Of a stretch of 64,000 nt of DNA, positions 12,645 to 23,770 are shown in pieces. The number at the start of each line of letters is the position of its first letter. The first letter of the stretch is position 1. This DNA is from Heteronotia binoei (lineage: Eukaryota), in the NCBI RefSeq assembly GCF_032191835.1, contig NC_083238.1:11346001-11410000 (forward strand), read 5' to 3'. The notes below the pieces were generated by a model. That model made no database searches. It saw only the letters and a list, made by a program, of their open reading frames with translations, and was not told where the DNA came from. The translations under genes and the position numbers were made by a program.

Positions 12645-12740
12645 CTTTTTTTGCTGTCAAGACACAGCTGACTTCTGGCAACCTTGCAGGGTTTTCAAGG
12701 CAAGAGATGCTCAGAGGTGGTTTGCCATTGCCTGCCTCCA
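12645..12740 (-). mobile_element. Tail of the 5S-derived SINE (5'-truncated)
   Basis: gctgtcaagacacagctgacttctggcaacc...caaggcaagagatgctcagaggtggtttgccattgcctgcctcc. Confidence 0.75.
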
Positions 12741-13058
12741 TGGCACAACTTGGGCCGAGGTCAGATGCACATAAACTGACGAGATGGGCATGGATGAAAG
12801 CCAGATGCATGTCGGATTTTATGCGGTTGTCCAAACATCAGCATCTGGCAATGGTCGTTGGCTCGTTCGTGTCCCGAACTGCCACGACTGAGATGCGGAC
12901 TGTTTTGATAGTACATTAAATCCGGGATAAGAATGCTTCCGATGACTCCCGCGCATACTTCCTATGTTTGAACGCTCTGTTGTAGCCGACTCGTCGCTAG
13001 CGCACACCCGCTTCCCTGCGAGAGCTCACTCCAAATGATATCATTGTGCCAGCAATTG

Positions 13059-13243
13059 TTGACTCAGCCTTCCAACCTTCCGAGGTCGGTAAAATATGCA
13101 CCCAGCTTGCTGGGGGTGGGGGGGAAGTGTAATGACCGGGGAAGGCAATGGCAAACCACCCCGTAAAAGGTCTTCCGTGAAAACTTTGTGAAAGCAGTGT
13201 CACCCCAGAGTCGAAAACGACTGGTGCTTGCACAGGGGACCTT
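13059..13243 (+). mobile_element. Sauria SINE, 5'-truncated
   Basis: ttgactcagccttcc...ggaaggcaatggcaaaccacccc...gtcaccccagagtcg...gcacagggga matches the full copy at 24243-24547. Confidence 0.9.
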
Positions 13244-13249
13244 TCCTAA

Positions 13250-13780
13250 ATAGGGTGGGAGGCAGATTGCCCACCATTGCTGTCTCCCTGCCAGGGGAGG
13301 AAGATGACCCACCTTTGCTGTCTCCCTGGCAGGCGGAGAGAAAGCAAAGAGAGCTCCTGGGCTTCCCCTTCCTTTCCAGGTGTTTAAATGGGGGGGAGGA
13401 AGATCACCCACCAGGCGGAGAGACAGCAAAGTGTTTAAATGGGGGGGGGAGAGGAAGATCACCCACCTTTGCTGTCTCCCCGGCAGGCGGAGAGACAGCA
13501 AAGAGAGCTCCTGGGCTTCCCCTTCCTTTCCAAATGTTTAAATGGGGGGGGGGGGAGGAAGATCACCCACCTTTGCTGTCTCCCCGGCAGGTGGAGAGAC
13601 AGCAAAGAGAGTTCCTGGGCTTCCCCTTCCTTTCCAGGTGTTTAAATGGGGGGAGGGAGATCACCCACCTTTGCTGTCTCCCCAGCAGGTGGAGAGACAG
13701 CAAAAAGAGCTCCTGGGCTTCCCCTTCCTTTCCAGGTGTTTAAATGAGAGGGGGCAGATTGCCCACCTTTTCTGGCACCT
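13250..13780. repeat. Minisatellite of about 100 bp with an internal 12-bp inverted repeat
   Basis: Units delimited by tttaaat at about 13383, 13434, 13537, 13641 and 13739; most contain ctttgctgtctc...gagacagcaaag. Confidence 0.9.
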
Positions 13781-14004
13781 TTAAAAAAAAAAAAGCCAAG
13801 CACGGTACTGCGTTTGCGCGAGTGTGGAATGCTATCTCAAAAAATGAGGTCCGGTTGAGACCTCTGATAAACCAATGACAGGAACAACACTGCTTAGAAC
13901 TGAAGGATGGAGGGATGTCTGATCAGGAAATTCGTTGTAAAAAAGCTGCGGGGTATAATAGTGACGGGTTAGGGATGGATTTAATGGTGAGTGTGACCGC
14001 AGCT

Positions 14005-14080
14005 TTGGTATTCCTTTCAGGTCTCCAATCCAAATACTAGCCACGGCTGACCCTGCTAAGCTTCCAAGATCATTGAACTG
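14005..14080 (-). mobile_element. 5S-derived SINE head fragment
   Basis: ggtattcctttcaggtctccaatccaaatactagccacggctgaccctgctaagcttcc is the reverse of a 5S-like internal promoter region. Confidence 0.7.
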
Positions 14081-15047
14081 AGAACTTCTGGGAAAGCATT
14101 CACAGAAGTGTATCTGTTCCATGACCAGGGCCATCTAAACAGGCTGAATTGAGGAATTCAATGTGTGGGTGCAGCAGTGGTGAACAGGAAGAAGGGCTTA
14201 GAGTTGAGCAATGTTTTGGGACAAGCATCACTTCTACAGAAGGGATGAGCTTCACTTCAGCTGTTGGCGCTTAACATGAGAAAGACTGCAGAGTTACTTC
14301 TAACCTGACCCAGTGACAACAATCCCAAGACAAAACACTTTGAAACTCAAAATAAAACCTCTGGACAGACCTATGGAAAACATTCTTGCTTTTAGTTTTC
14401 ACCCTAAGACTGTGCTATAATTTTTGAGTTAGCCAACCATTATCCTCTGAGATTTCTCTCTCTCTTTGTGTTTGCAAAATGGAAAAGGGACTCGTTGCCC
14501 TGTCATTCAGAAAATACAGCCATTCATGTTTACATTTCCGACAAGCTAAATTGATTGTATGAGTCAGTCAATGTCACTGAGCACTATTTGTCAGTTCATA
14601 AACAGCCACAATCTGCTATGCTGTAAATGCAGGAGGACCAACAAATAAATCATATCAAGCAGCAGAGGTAGATAGTATCCATTCAATCCTAATTGGTGTT
14701 TTCTACTCATATATACTCATTTCTCCATGATTCCGCTATAGATTGACACTGGAGGGGCAAAAAAAGTCCTCTGCTGTCAAAGATGTTAGAGTGTGCATCA
14801 GTGTGCATCAATGTGTTCATCTCTCATATAAACTTCAAAATCTGATTGAGGGGCTGCTTCACACATTTCATGCGAACAAAATGGTTTTTGTTACCCAAAG
14901 CGCTCTTGTCATGAAACTGCACTCAGTCCTGGCTCACTGATAAGTATGGCATCGTTACTGAAGTATTTCCAAACTGATGAATGTCACTTGGATAAACGTT
15001 TGTACTGATATATTTAGCAAACATATCTTAATATTGCAATTTGTGAA

Positions 15048-15240
15048 GGACTGTGGCTCAGTGGTGGAGTATCTGCTTGGCATGCAAGAAGGTCCTGGAT
15101 TCAATCCTTGACTTCTCAATTTAAAAGAATCGGGTATTAGATAAAATGAAATACTTCCAGCAGAGATCCTGGAGAGCTGCTACCAGTCAGAATAGAAAGT
15201 ACTGATATTAGAAGAACAATGATCTGGAGAGGCAGCATAT
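15048..15240 (+). mobile_element. SINE family B, degenerate
   Basis: ggactgtggctcagtggtggagtatctgcttggcatgc head; gagatcctggagagctgctaccagtcag body. Confidence 0.7.
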
Positions 15241-15321
15241 AAATTCCACAAATAAATAATGGTCTGTCTCAGTGTTATGTATGTGGACTCAAGGGAAGAC
15301 TGTGGTGTTTCCGCCTGACCC

Positions 15322-15450
15322 AAAGGGTGATTAGCATGTGGAATTCACTGCCACAGGAGGTGGTGGCGGCTACAAGCATAGCCAGCTTTAAGAGGGGATT
15401 GGATAAAAATATGGAGCAGAGGTCCATCAGTGGTTATTAGCCACAGTATG

Positions 15451-15481
<31 letters not shown>

Positions 15482-15571
15482 ATACACACACATATTGGCC
15501 ACTGTGTGACACAGAGTGTTGGACTGGATGGGCCATTGGCCTGATCCAACATGGCTTCTCTTATGTTCTTA
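15322..15571 (+). mobile_element. CR1 LINE 3' end (one terminal unit)
   Basis: aaagggtgattagcatgtggaattcactgccacaggaggtggtg (RV..MWNSLPQEVV) ending atggcttctcttatgttcttatg. Confidence 0.88.
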
Positions 15572-15845
15572 TGTTAATTGGAGCCATACGGACTGAGCTT
15601 GGGGACTTGGGAACAAAGGGCTGTAGGAGTCAAACCCCCCGCAGCCCAGGACCAATCACAAGCCCCCACCGGTTTGAATGACCCAATAACATGCTTGCGC
15701 GGGAACCCAGAGATGTATATAAGTTCGGCCCGTGGGCCCCAAACACCAGTCTTGTACTGTGACCTTCTACTATGTGATTCCTATTAAAGAGCTTGTTATC
15801 ACTTACTCCGAGACTCTGCCATGCATAGAACCCACTATATTATAC
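15572..15845 (+). mobile_element. Probable solo LTR
   Basis: Starts TGT; CCAAT at 15652 and 15683, TATATAA at 15716, ATTAAA at 15783, in canonical U3-R order. The right end is not resolved. Confidence 0.5.
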
Positions 15846-16631
15846 TCAGTATGTGGCAACTTCATGTATTGATGATAGAAGGCCTACTTTGGCTACTACC
15901 AGTTAGTTACTCATTGTATTTATAATCTTTCCTTTCTTTAGAAAGCTCAGAGTGGCTCATATGGAACTCCATGTAGTCTCCCTTCCAAGCACTTCTTAGT
16001 GTCACACTCATGTAACATCAACAGAATCACAATCATTGGAGCTCCCAGTCTGTCAGGCCTCAAACCTCTTGAGGACAGCAGTGTTCCCACAGTCTCTGCC
16101 TAACATATGTCTTGGAGGTAGGGTTTTCAGTCATGGTTGGGCAGTCAGCGGATGACGGGGGATGAGGTCATGTGGGAAAGGGCATTTGGTACTATTTCCA
16201 GGAAAACCTGGAATCACTCAAAACTCTATGGTAAAACCAGAGTTTCTGGTAATTCCTAGAGAAGACTGACATTACTTCTGGGGTTTCCCTGGAATTTACA
16301 TCATGCTATTTCCCCAATGGCTATTTTTTAAAGAAAATATTATCTTGTGACCTCTCCATGTGCTAGTGGAAAATGGAAGCCAGAGATAGGGATCCCTCCC
16401 TTCTCATTGAGCCTGGAAACCCTGCTTGGAGAGAAGTAGTAACTGCACTGTTGGCCTTCTTCCAACAAGAGAAAGTGAAGCAGTAAGAGAACAACATGGG
16501 CATGCAGCTTGTGTACTCTGATTTCTGGAGAAACCATTTGTTACCCAAAATAGGCAGCCTCCACTTAGTTTGGAGAAATAAGCTTGGAAACAGAGTGAGT
16601 GAAAGGTAACTGAAATCTCCACCTATGTGTA

Positions 16632-16755
16632 TGGGCAGAGCTTTGTAGAAAAAGCCCAGCAAGAACTTATTTGCATATTAGGCCACACCCCCTTACAACA
16701 AGCTAGTCAGAACTGCGTTTCTGCGTGTTCCTGCTTGAAAAAAAGAAAAACCCTG
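16632..16755 (+). mobile_element. MITE carrying atttgcatattaggccacacccc (hAT-like)
   Basis: agaaaaagcccagcaagaacttatttgcatattaggccacacccc; homologous copy at 23660-23770. Confidence 0.65.
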
Positions 16756-19700
16756 TATATGGGGATTTGTCTCTATGAGAACTCTTGGAAATCACCAGGG
16801 GGTTATTTACAGGAAAGGTTGCTTTAAAATGAAACAAAAAGAAAACAAAATAAAACAAGGATGCACACAGCAAAAACTTGCAAGAGCTAACTAAGAAGAT
16901 CAGGGTGCAAAGGGAAAAGTGTTGTAGGGATGGGTGATAATTACTGATCTTGAAAAGGTCTGTGGAAGCAGCAAAGTTGAAGAGGAAATGGCCAGCATTT
17001 CCAGAAGCAAGTGAAGATCCTCATGCAAGTGGGGGTGTGAGAGGGATCCAAGAACACATACGCACTGCTGGAGCAGTAACGTGACATATTTATAGGGCAA
17101 ATTGTATCCTGAGGCAGGTTGACTCACGGCCAGAGGACAATGCGTTGATGGTTCTATCAAAGGTAGACAAAAAAGTGGAGCGGTTTGATGGCCCTACAAG
17201 CACTCGATGGGAAGAGTGACAGGGAAGGAGAATAGACTTAAGTGTTGATTAATTGCCGCTTAATCAAAAGTAATGGATGTAGGGGAAGACAGGCTTGGTT
17301 GCTGATTGGATTAGTCTTAGTGAATCAATAGCTCCTGGGTGACCCATTGTTCTAGTCATGCAACTCCCCGAGGCAAGGAGGCGATAATAGCCAGCCACCA
17401 ACTCTGATTCATACCTTGAGAACTGTTTTTCCCAGGTCTGCTTAATTGGCTTTCATCTTGGACAATTTTGGCCCATGCAGTGCCCTACACAAGGTATTGG
17501 GGTGATGTATAGGGAGGTGTTTTGGGCTCTTTTTGTCTATAAACTGCCCCTCATTGGGAGTAGGGGTCTGACTGCTAACACATGGGCTCAGTGATACACA
17601 TAAGCTTTGCATGCAGAAAGTCCCCAGTTCAGTCTCTAGGGTTCAGATGATGGGAAAGGTCTTTCTGTGACTGAAATTATGAAGTACCTTTGTTGGACAT
17701 TGAGCTAGATGACACAGTGGTCTTAGTCAATATAAGACATTCTAATATGTTTGGGTTGGGCTTTCTAATGCCTGCATAATACAGCTAGATGCAGAGGATT
17801 CCCCTGTAATCTCTTGCGCATCTTATGGTGCTGGTTTTCCATGCACCAGTCACTGGGTGCAAAATCTTCATACTTAGATATCGTTTTGATATGGGGAAAA
17901 TATCCACATGTAAATGGAAATAGAAATATATAAATGGGAATTAAAAAAAAAAAGTTATTGGATGCAGAATATGCCAGACGCATCGATGAAGTGAACCATG
18001 TTTATTAGCAAGCCCTTCTGAAGTAACTGATGAAAAATTAGCGCCAGTTGTCAAGGAGCCAGGCGAGTCCTTTTTATGGTCCACCTGATGAGATGAGACA
18101 ATTCTAAACAGAGTATATCCTGTGTCATGTCATTCCCCCATATTCATTACCATCATCGATATGTTTCAGAGGTTTCTGCTGATGCAGAAACATCCCGTTT
18201 TAACTGGGAATGGTCTAATCTTATAAAATGATTGCATGTCTGTATACACTATAATGTATATGCACATTATTTATAGAGAGATGGAAGATGATGCTATATA
18301 TTTACATACATTTTGCAAGGGAATTGACAGGTTTCCAATACTGCAAGCGCTTTCTACATGGTAGATCATTAAGGCGAAGTCGAGGAATGACCCCAGTTCT
18401 TTTCACCTTTAAAGGTAAGGTTTAATAGCTTGCTATAATTTTTTAAGATTAAAGGAAAGTGATAACTTTCCTGCGTTGTTTGTTGTCTTTGTATATGACT
18501 TGCATATATTCCATTACACAGTTCCAAAGATTTAATGGCTCTCGAAATGTTGGAAGAGGAGGCAGCAATTTGTGCTGATTCCCCCCTCCCGCTGCTAACT
18601 GCTATTTTGCTCCCAGTGCTGTTCCAGAGTGTTTCTTAATCCCCAGGAACAAAATTTCAGATGGCTTTCAGTGGGGAAGGGAAAGCAAGAAAGCCCCACT
18701 CTGGAAAGTTGGCCAATCCACTAAGTCCTTATAAGTATCATTAAAGTAGACGCTAATATGGCCAGGCTAGGGTATGATGGAGTTCCCCTGGAAGAACAAT
18801 AAGAAACTACTCAAATATTGTTTATCTACTCATTTCTACAAATCTTGCATTAAGCAAATACTCAACAAAACGTTATGTTAGCAAAAAGAGCAGCGGTTGT
18901 ATCAGTGTGACTCGTTTCAAGATGTCAAAAACTGGCTTATGAATAACGATGGCTGGATTTTCATAAACGAAATATTCATCAGTTTCCTCACAGTTTTTAT
19001 TTCCTGTTGTGTCAAATGCCGCACGCCATGATTTGCTTGTCATTTACAACAAGAAGTGCGTTTGAGTGGTTTTATGTCTGCACAGTTGGCTGCCTTCACC
19101 TGTGCTCACAAGTTACAAATCATTCCGGGGTTTATGTGTGCATAGGGATCATCATGGGCAGATCACGTATTGTTTAAAATTAGCCACTTCTTGAGTGCAT
19201 GTGCTGCTTTTGCATCTCTGCAGCTGGTAGCATCAATCAGGTTTGCATGTTCAGGTGTAGAAGACAGGCTTAGCTTCTAGAAAGTTAAGGAGTGCAGCTT
19301 CTCCAGCCATCAGGATCCAGAGGGATTGAGACAATGGACCTTTTGCGTAAGTTATTGTTCTTCTGGCTAAGTGAGTTGGGTGGATGGCAGGAAGTATAGG
19401 GCGAGGGACAATAGTTCAAGAGCATACACATGTAAAATGCCTGCAAGACTAATTTTAAACAGTCAATAGAAGTGCGCTTTGAGTATTTGAGTATTCGGCG
19501 TAAAACGTGGGATCAAATTATGGTTTGAAAGGAATCGTCATGTTTAAGACTGCAGATGTCAGGCCTATAAAAGTGACTCTTATCTAAGAAGCCTTCCTCC
19601 AACTTAAGATGCTCTTCCATTGGAGGAGGAGTCATTTAGTTTGGAGGAAGTTTCCTTCAGCTGGAGGAAGGCTACTTGGAGGACAATTGGGTCCACCCCA

Positions 19701-20056
19701 ATGGCAGCTGGCTCAGCATTCCATCCCATATGCAGCTTTGCTTGTTTTCTGCAAAAATGCTGGCTACTATTCTCAAGAAACATTCATGCTTGATTCTTAG
19801 GTGCAAAAATATTTCATTTTTGGATTATTCTAGCAATCAGTGTATCTTGGGATACTAGTGTACAAAATTTTAAACGTATGGGGGGTACAATGCTTGCTTC
19901 CTGTTTCTAGGAAGAGACTAACATTTCCCCCAACTTTTCTAGAAATCACTATGTACTTTTCAAATTTTAACCTCCCAGGTGGCTTGTAAGCACCTTAACA
20001 GTGCTTAGAGGGAGATCATGTCAACGAGACACCAGAATGTAGTAGAAGCCTTCCAG

Positions 20057-20271
20057 TGAACATATGAACATATGAAGCTGCCTTCTACTGAATCAGACCC
20101 TTGGTCCATCAAAGTCAGTATTGTCTTCTCAGACTGGCAGCGGCTCTCCAGGGTCTCAAGCTGAGGTTTTTCACACCTATTTGCCTGGACCCTTTTTTGG
20201 AGATGCCAGGGATTGAACCTGGGACCTTCTGCTTCCCAAGCAGATGCTCTACCACTGAGCCACCGTCCCTC
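20057..20271 (-). mobile_element. SINE family B monomer
   Basis: Full reverse copy from catatgaacatatgaagctgcc to gagccaccgtccctc. Confidence 0.9.
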
Positions 20272-20606
20272 ATGTGAGTTTGCTACTGGTTTTATACTCC
20301 TTTTGAAGAACTATTGCAAGACAACAGGTTTGTAACATTCATTTAAGCAGAGAAAATGACTCTTTCAATGTTGAACCAAAACCTGTCGAGTGGTGGACAG
20401 CTTTATCTTATCTGTCCTATTTACGGGGAGTTTCTTTTCCTCATGCAATCTCAAAGACAGAATAAGCTCTAGTGGTTTTGTATGCGATCAATATTTTATA
20501 ACCCGGATTTTGATCTTTAATGTAATATCTTATGTATTTGTATAATTTTAACTATACTATTATTTAAGTAAATTCAGTGGTTGTATTTGTATATTATATA
20601 TGACAG

Positions 20607-21228
20607 CAGAGGTGGATTAACTATCAGACCAAGTAGGCACTGGCCAATCAGCCCCCATGCCTTTAGGGGCCCCTGGCTGGCTCACCCCGACCTGCCGTCT
20701 GCACCAGCAGCCAGCAACTGAGCTGTTCTTTGCCTGACTTGCCTGGTGTGGCTGCTGCTGGCATTGTCACCAAGTTTCCCTCTCCCCCACAGCTTGGTGT
20801 AGCCAGTTTGGTGTAGTGGTTAAGTGTGAGGACTCTTATCTGGGAGAACCGAGTTTGATTCTCCACTCCCCCACTTACAGCTGCTGGAATGGCCTTGGGT
20901 CAGCCATAGCTCTGGCAGAGGTTGTCCTTGAAAGGGCAGCTGCTGTGAGAGCCCTCTCCAGCCCCACCCACCTCACAGGTTGCCTGTTGTGTGGGGAGAA
21001 GATACAGGAGATTGTAAGCCGCTCTGAGTCTCTGATTCAGAGAGAAGGGCGGGGTATAAATCTGCAATTCTTCTTCTTCTTCTTCTTAGTAAAAGGAGAT
21101 TTTTAAGAAGGTGCCTGCAGTGGAGGCACTGGGTGGTGGGGTGGGCACTCAGACTCTGAGATAATTTATGAGGGGCTGCCCAAGATTTCAACTGCCTAGG
21201 GGTCTCCACAGGGTTTAATCCGGCACTG
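20607..21228. mobile_element. hAT-type MITE interrupted by a SINE
   Basis: TIR-like ends cagaggtggattaa / ttaatccggcactg; flanks tatgacag (20599-20606) and tatggcag (21229-21236) form an 8-bp TSD with 1 mismatch. Confidence 0.75.
20801..21087 (+). mobile_element. SINE family A variant
   Basis: agccagtttggtgtagtggttaag head; gagccgctctgagtctctg...gggcggggtataaat(ctt)n tail. Confidence 0.88.
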
Positions 21229-22678
21229 TATGGCAGATTCCCCTGATGAAGCCTGTTGGCAAAACACATAGGAAGTTCTTTAGGAATTTTAACTGAATAG
21301 TAAAATATATTTTACCTGATTTTGCAGCATCTGTCTTGGCCGTATTTTTTAATTTCCTGTGACTGGTGCAGCCTTTTTTTTTAAAGTTACTTTGGGCCAG
21401 CAACACTCTATCCTGATTTATCTCGCAGGGTTGTTGTGAAGACAAAATAGTGAGGAGGAGAACTTCGCTGCACTTCTTGGAGGAAGCACTTGATAAAAGT
21501 GGATAGATAGCTATGAGGCATGCACAGAAGAGAGGCATAGGAAAAAAAACTCTCACCTGGGATATGCGTAGGGTTTTAGAGCCATTCCTTCAGTTTCTGA
21601 ACTCAGTCTCTGAACTCTGTGGAAGTGCTCTTGGTATTAAGAACAGTGGACAGTGGCAGGGAGCCCCAAGTGTACAAGCAGGCATATTTGCAGAGCCAGA
21701 GAGGTTTGTCACGCTTTAAAGTTATCATATAAAAAGGGAAGGTGACTCTGTTTTGAGTCAGTGATGATTCTGAATTACAAAGGCTTTGAACTACCCATGA
21801 AATTTTCCACTTGTTATACTAAATGCTGTTATTTCAGGTAAATCTTTGTGGTGCTGGAAGCAAAGCGCAGCGGTGGAGAATAGAAATGTCAATAATATCT
21901 AAAGACGGATATCATTCATAACAGAAAGCGCCAAATGTTTCCCTCCTCTCCCTCTATGAAGAGCACAAATCAACATCCAGCATGGGTTTGAACAAGTTTT
22001 CTCAGAGCACACAACTTTAATAGGAGTGCGTTCATTGTCAACACATGATGCAGAAAAGGTCAACAGTTAATTAAATAATCCATCACCTTAGGATAGAGAG
22101 CAGTTCTCAACTCTGACAACCCATGACAGAAATATTAAAAGGTCAAAAAATGAGTTACTATAGAATTCTATATTGTTATTGTGCATTATAAAGATGTGGC
22201 ATGACTTGAGAAACATAACTATGAAGATAGGTACTGGGTGCGGGGGGTGGGGGGAGACTCTCTCAAACTCTGTCAGCCCAAATATCTCCTGTACTCCTAC
22301 TTAGGAATATGTCTAGAAAACAAATCAAAATCCAACCCCAAATTTGTCTCTCTTGTTACCCTCAGCAGGGTAACTAATAAGAATGAAATTACCTCCAGCT
22401 TCTGGATCCGAGACAGCTAGGCTAGAGGGGAACCCAGGAATAAGGGAGGAGGGTGGAGAAGTTGTGGCCAGCCAGAGGATATTGCCTGTGTTCTCCCACT
22501 TCTGATGGTGCTTTCTCTCCCAATTCTCTTCCATTAAATTCCTCCTTTGCTCACCTGGCTTCCTTCTCCAATATTTGACATCTCTTTTCAGCCCTTATTT
22601 TTTTTTCCTTACTTGTCAGGCTTTCTATGGTGGTGTGTCTAGGGTAGAATCCCTTTTCACAAATGCTAGTGTCCTAAA

Positions 22679-22865
22679 CAATTCTCCCTCTAAGCTGTGG
22701 AGTCCTGTGGAGCAAAAATACTACTTTGTGAGCTACTGGCACGAAAGTTGTGAGCGACTGCATAAATCAGTTTGCGCTGGGACCATTTTTTCCTGAGCTA
22801 AGACAAAAATGTGCGAGTTGGAGGCTAAAAAGCTGCGAGCGAGCTCACGCGAACTCAGCGTAGAG
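22679..22865. mobile_element. hAT-type MITE (ttccctctaagctg family)
   Basis: Reverse homologue of 35302-35487; gtcctaaa flanks both sides (22671-22678 and 22866-22873). Confidence 0.7.
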
Positions 22866-23254
22866 GTCCTAAACGCCGGTCCTAAAGCAATTGCCTTAAA
22901 CGTTGAGAGAGTTTAGTAATTTAGAAAGGGGAAAGAGGGAGATCATTTCCCCCGTGGTCACTGAATGAAGAGACATGAACCAGACTGAGTTGAAAAGCTG
23001 AGGACTGTATATGAACTGACCCCAAAAGAAGGTATCCGTCCATCACTCACGCTCACCTTCATCGAACTGATTACCTCCTTCTACATGTTCCTCTTAGTTA
23101 GAAGATGCATGAGAGCCTGTGGCTAGTGAGTACGCAATAAGTCCAGGCTTCATGGGAGATGAACTGGTTGCCCCTACTACTATCTTTTGGCAAGCATTGC
23201 TATTTGTGTTATTGCAAACAATACTAGGAACACACACACAAGAATGCAGATAAT

Positions 23255-23490
23255 TCGGTCCTCCCCCAGCTGAGCGGCTGCCGGCTACTAAGGTTGGGGG
23301 CCGTCCATTCCCCCCCCCCCCGGAAGGAGAGGGGGCAGCGGACTCGCCCGGCTCATCCGCTCTTGGCCCGCCCCCCCTCTAATCAGTGCAGGCACAAGCT
23401 GGTCGTCTGGTTTTAAAAGGGGCTGGGTAGGAATTTTTCGCCCCCAACACATTGGCCAAGTGGGGGTGTTTTTGCCTACCCTGCACTGGT
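23255..23490 (+). other. GC/CpG-rich patch, probably a repeat terminus (promoter function unproven)
   Basis: Dense CpG and a GC box (ggcccgcccccc). The continuation aggggctgggtaggaattttt...gggggtgtttttgcctacc aligns with about 63090-63215. Confidence 0.45.
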
Positions 23491-23659
23491 ACGGCTAGCT
23501 CTGCAGAGAACATGTCATCCAATAAGTTTGCTCTTGCTTTGTGCAGGATTCCCAAAGCGTCAGGTTTGTACTGGGTGAGGAAAAGTCGACTGCAGAGAAT
23601 TTCACATAGCATGCAGTTTTAAAGACATCGCTACTGCAGAGACGGTCACGGTCTCTCGT

Positions 23660-23770
23660 ACAACACGGCTGGTAGAAAAAGCCCGGCAGGAATTCATTTG
23701 CATATTAGGTCACACCCCCTGATGCCAAGCCAGCCGGAATGGCGTTCCTGCTCAAAAAAAAATGCCTTTA
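23660..23770 (+). mobile_element. MITE (atttgcatattagg family)
   Basis: Homologous to 16632-16755. Confidence 0.65.

Noticed and set aside
13064-13784. Overlapping 145-171 aa ORFs on both strands
   Set aside because: They are translations of the GC-rich minisatellite.
17790-17875. Two short hairpins, one with CAGTGA on the minus strand (IRE- or miRNA-like)
   Set aside because: Stems are too short for a pre-miRNA, and the geometry lacks the IRE C-bulge plus 5-bp upper stem.
18020-18095. Possible C/D snoRNA (TGATGA...CTGA, with tttatggtc complementary to an 18S rRNA stretch)
   Set aside because: No terminal stem, only 9 nt of complementarity not adjacent to box D, and no host gene evident.
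23255-23400. Definite CpG-island gene promoter
   Set aside because: Short, and homologous to the repeat at about 63090-63215; kept only as a hypothesis in findings.
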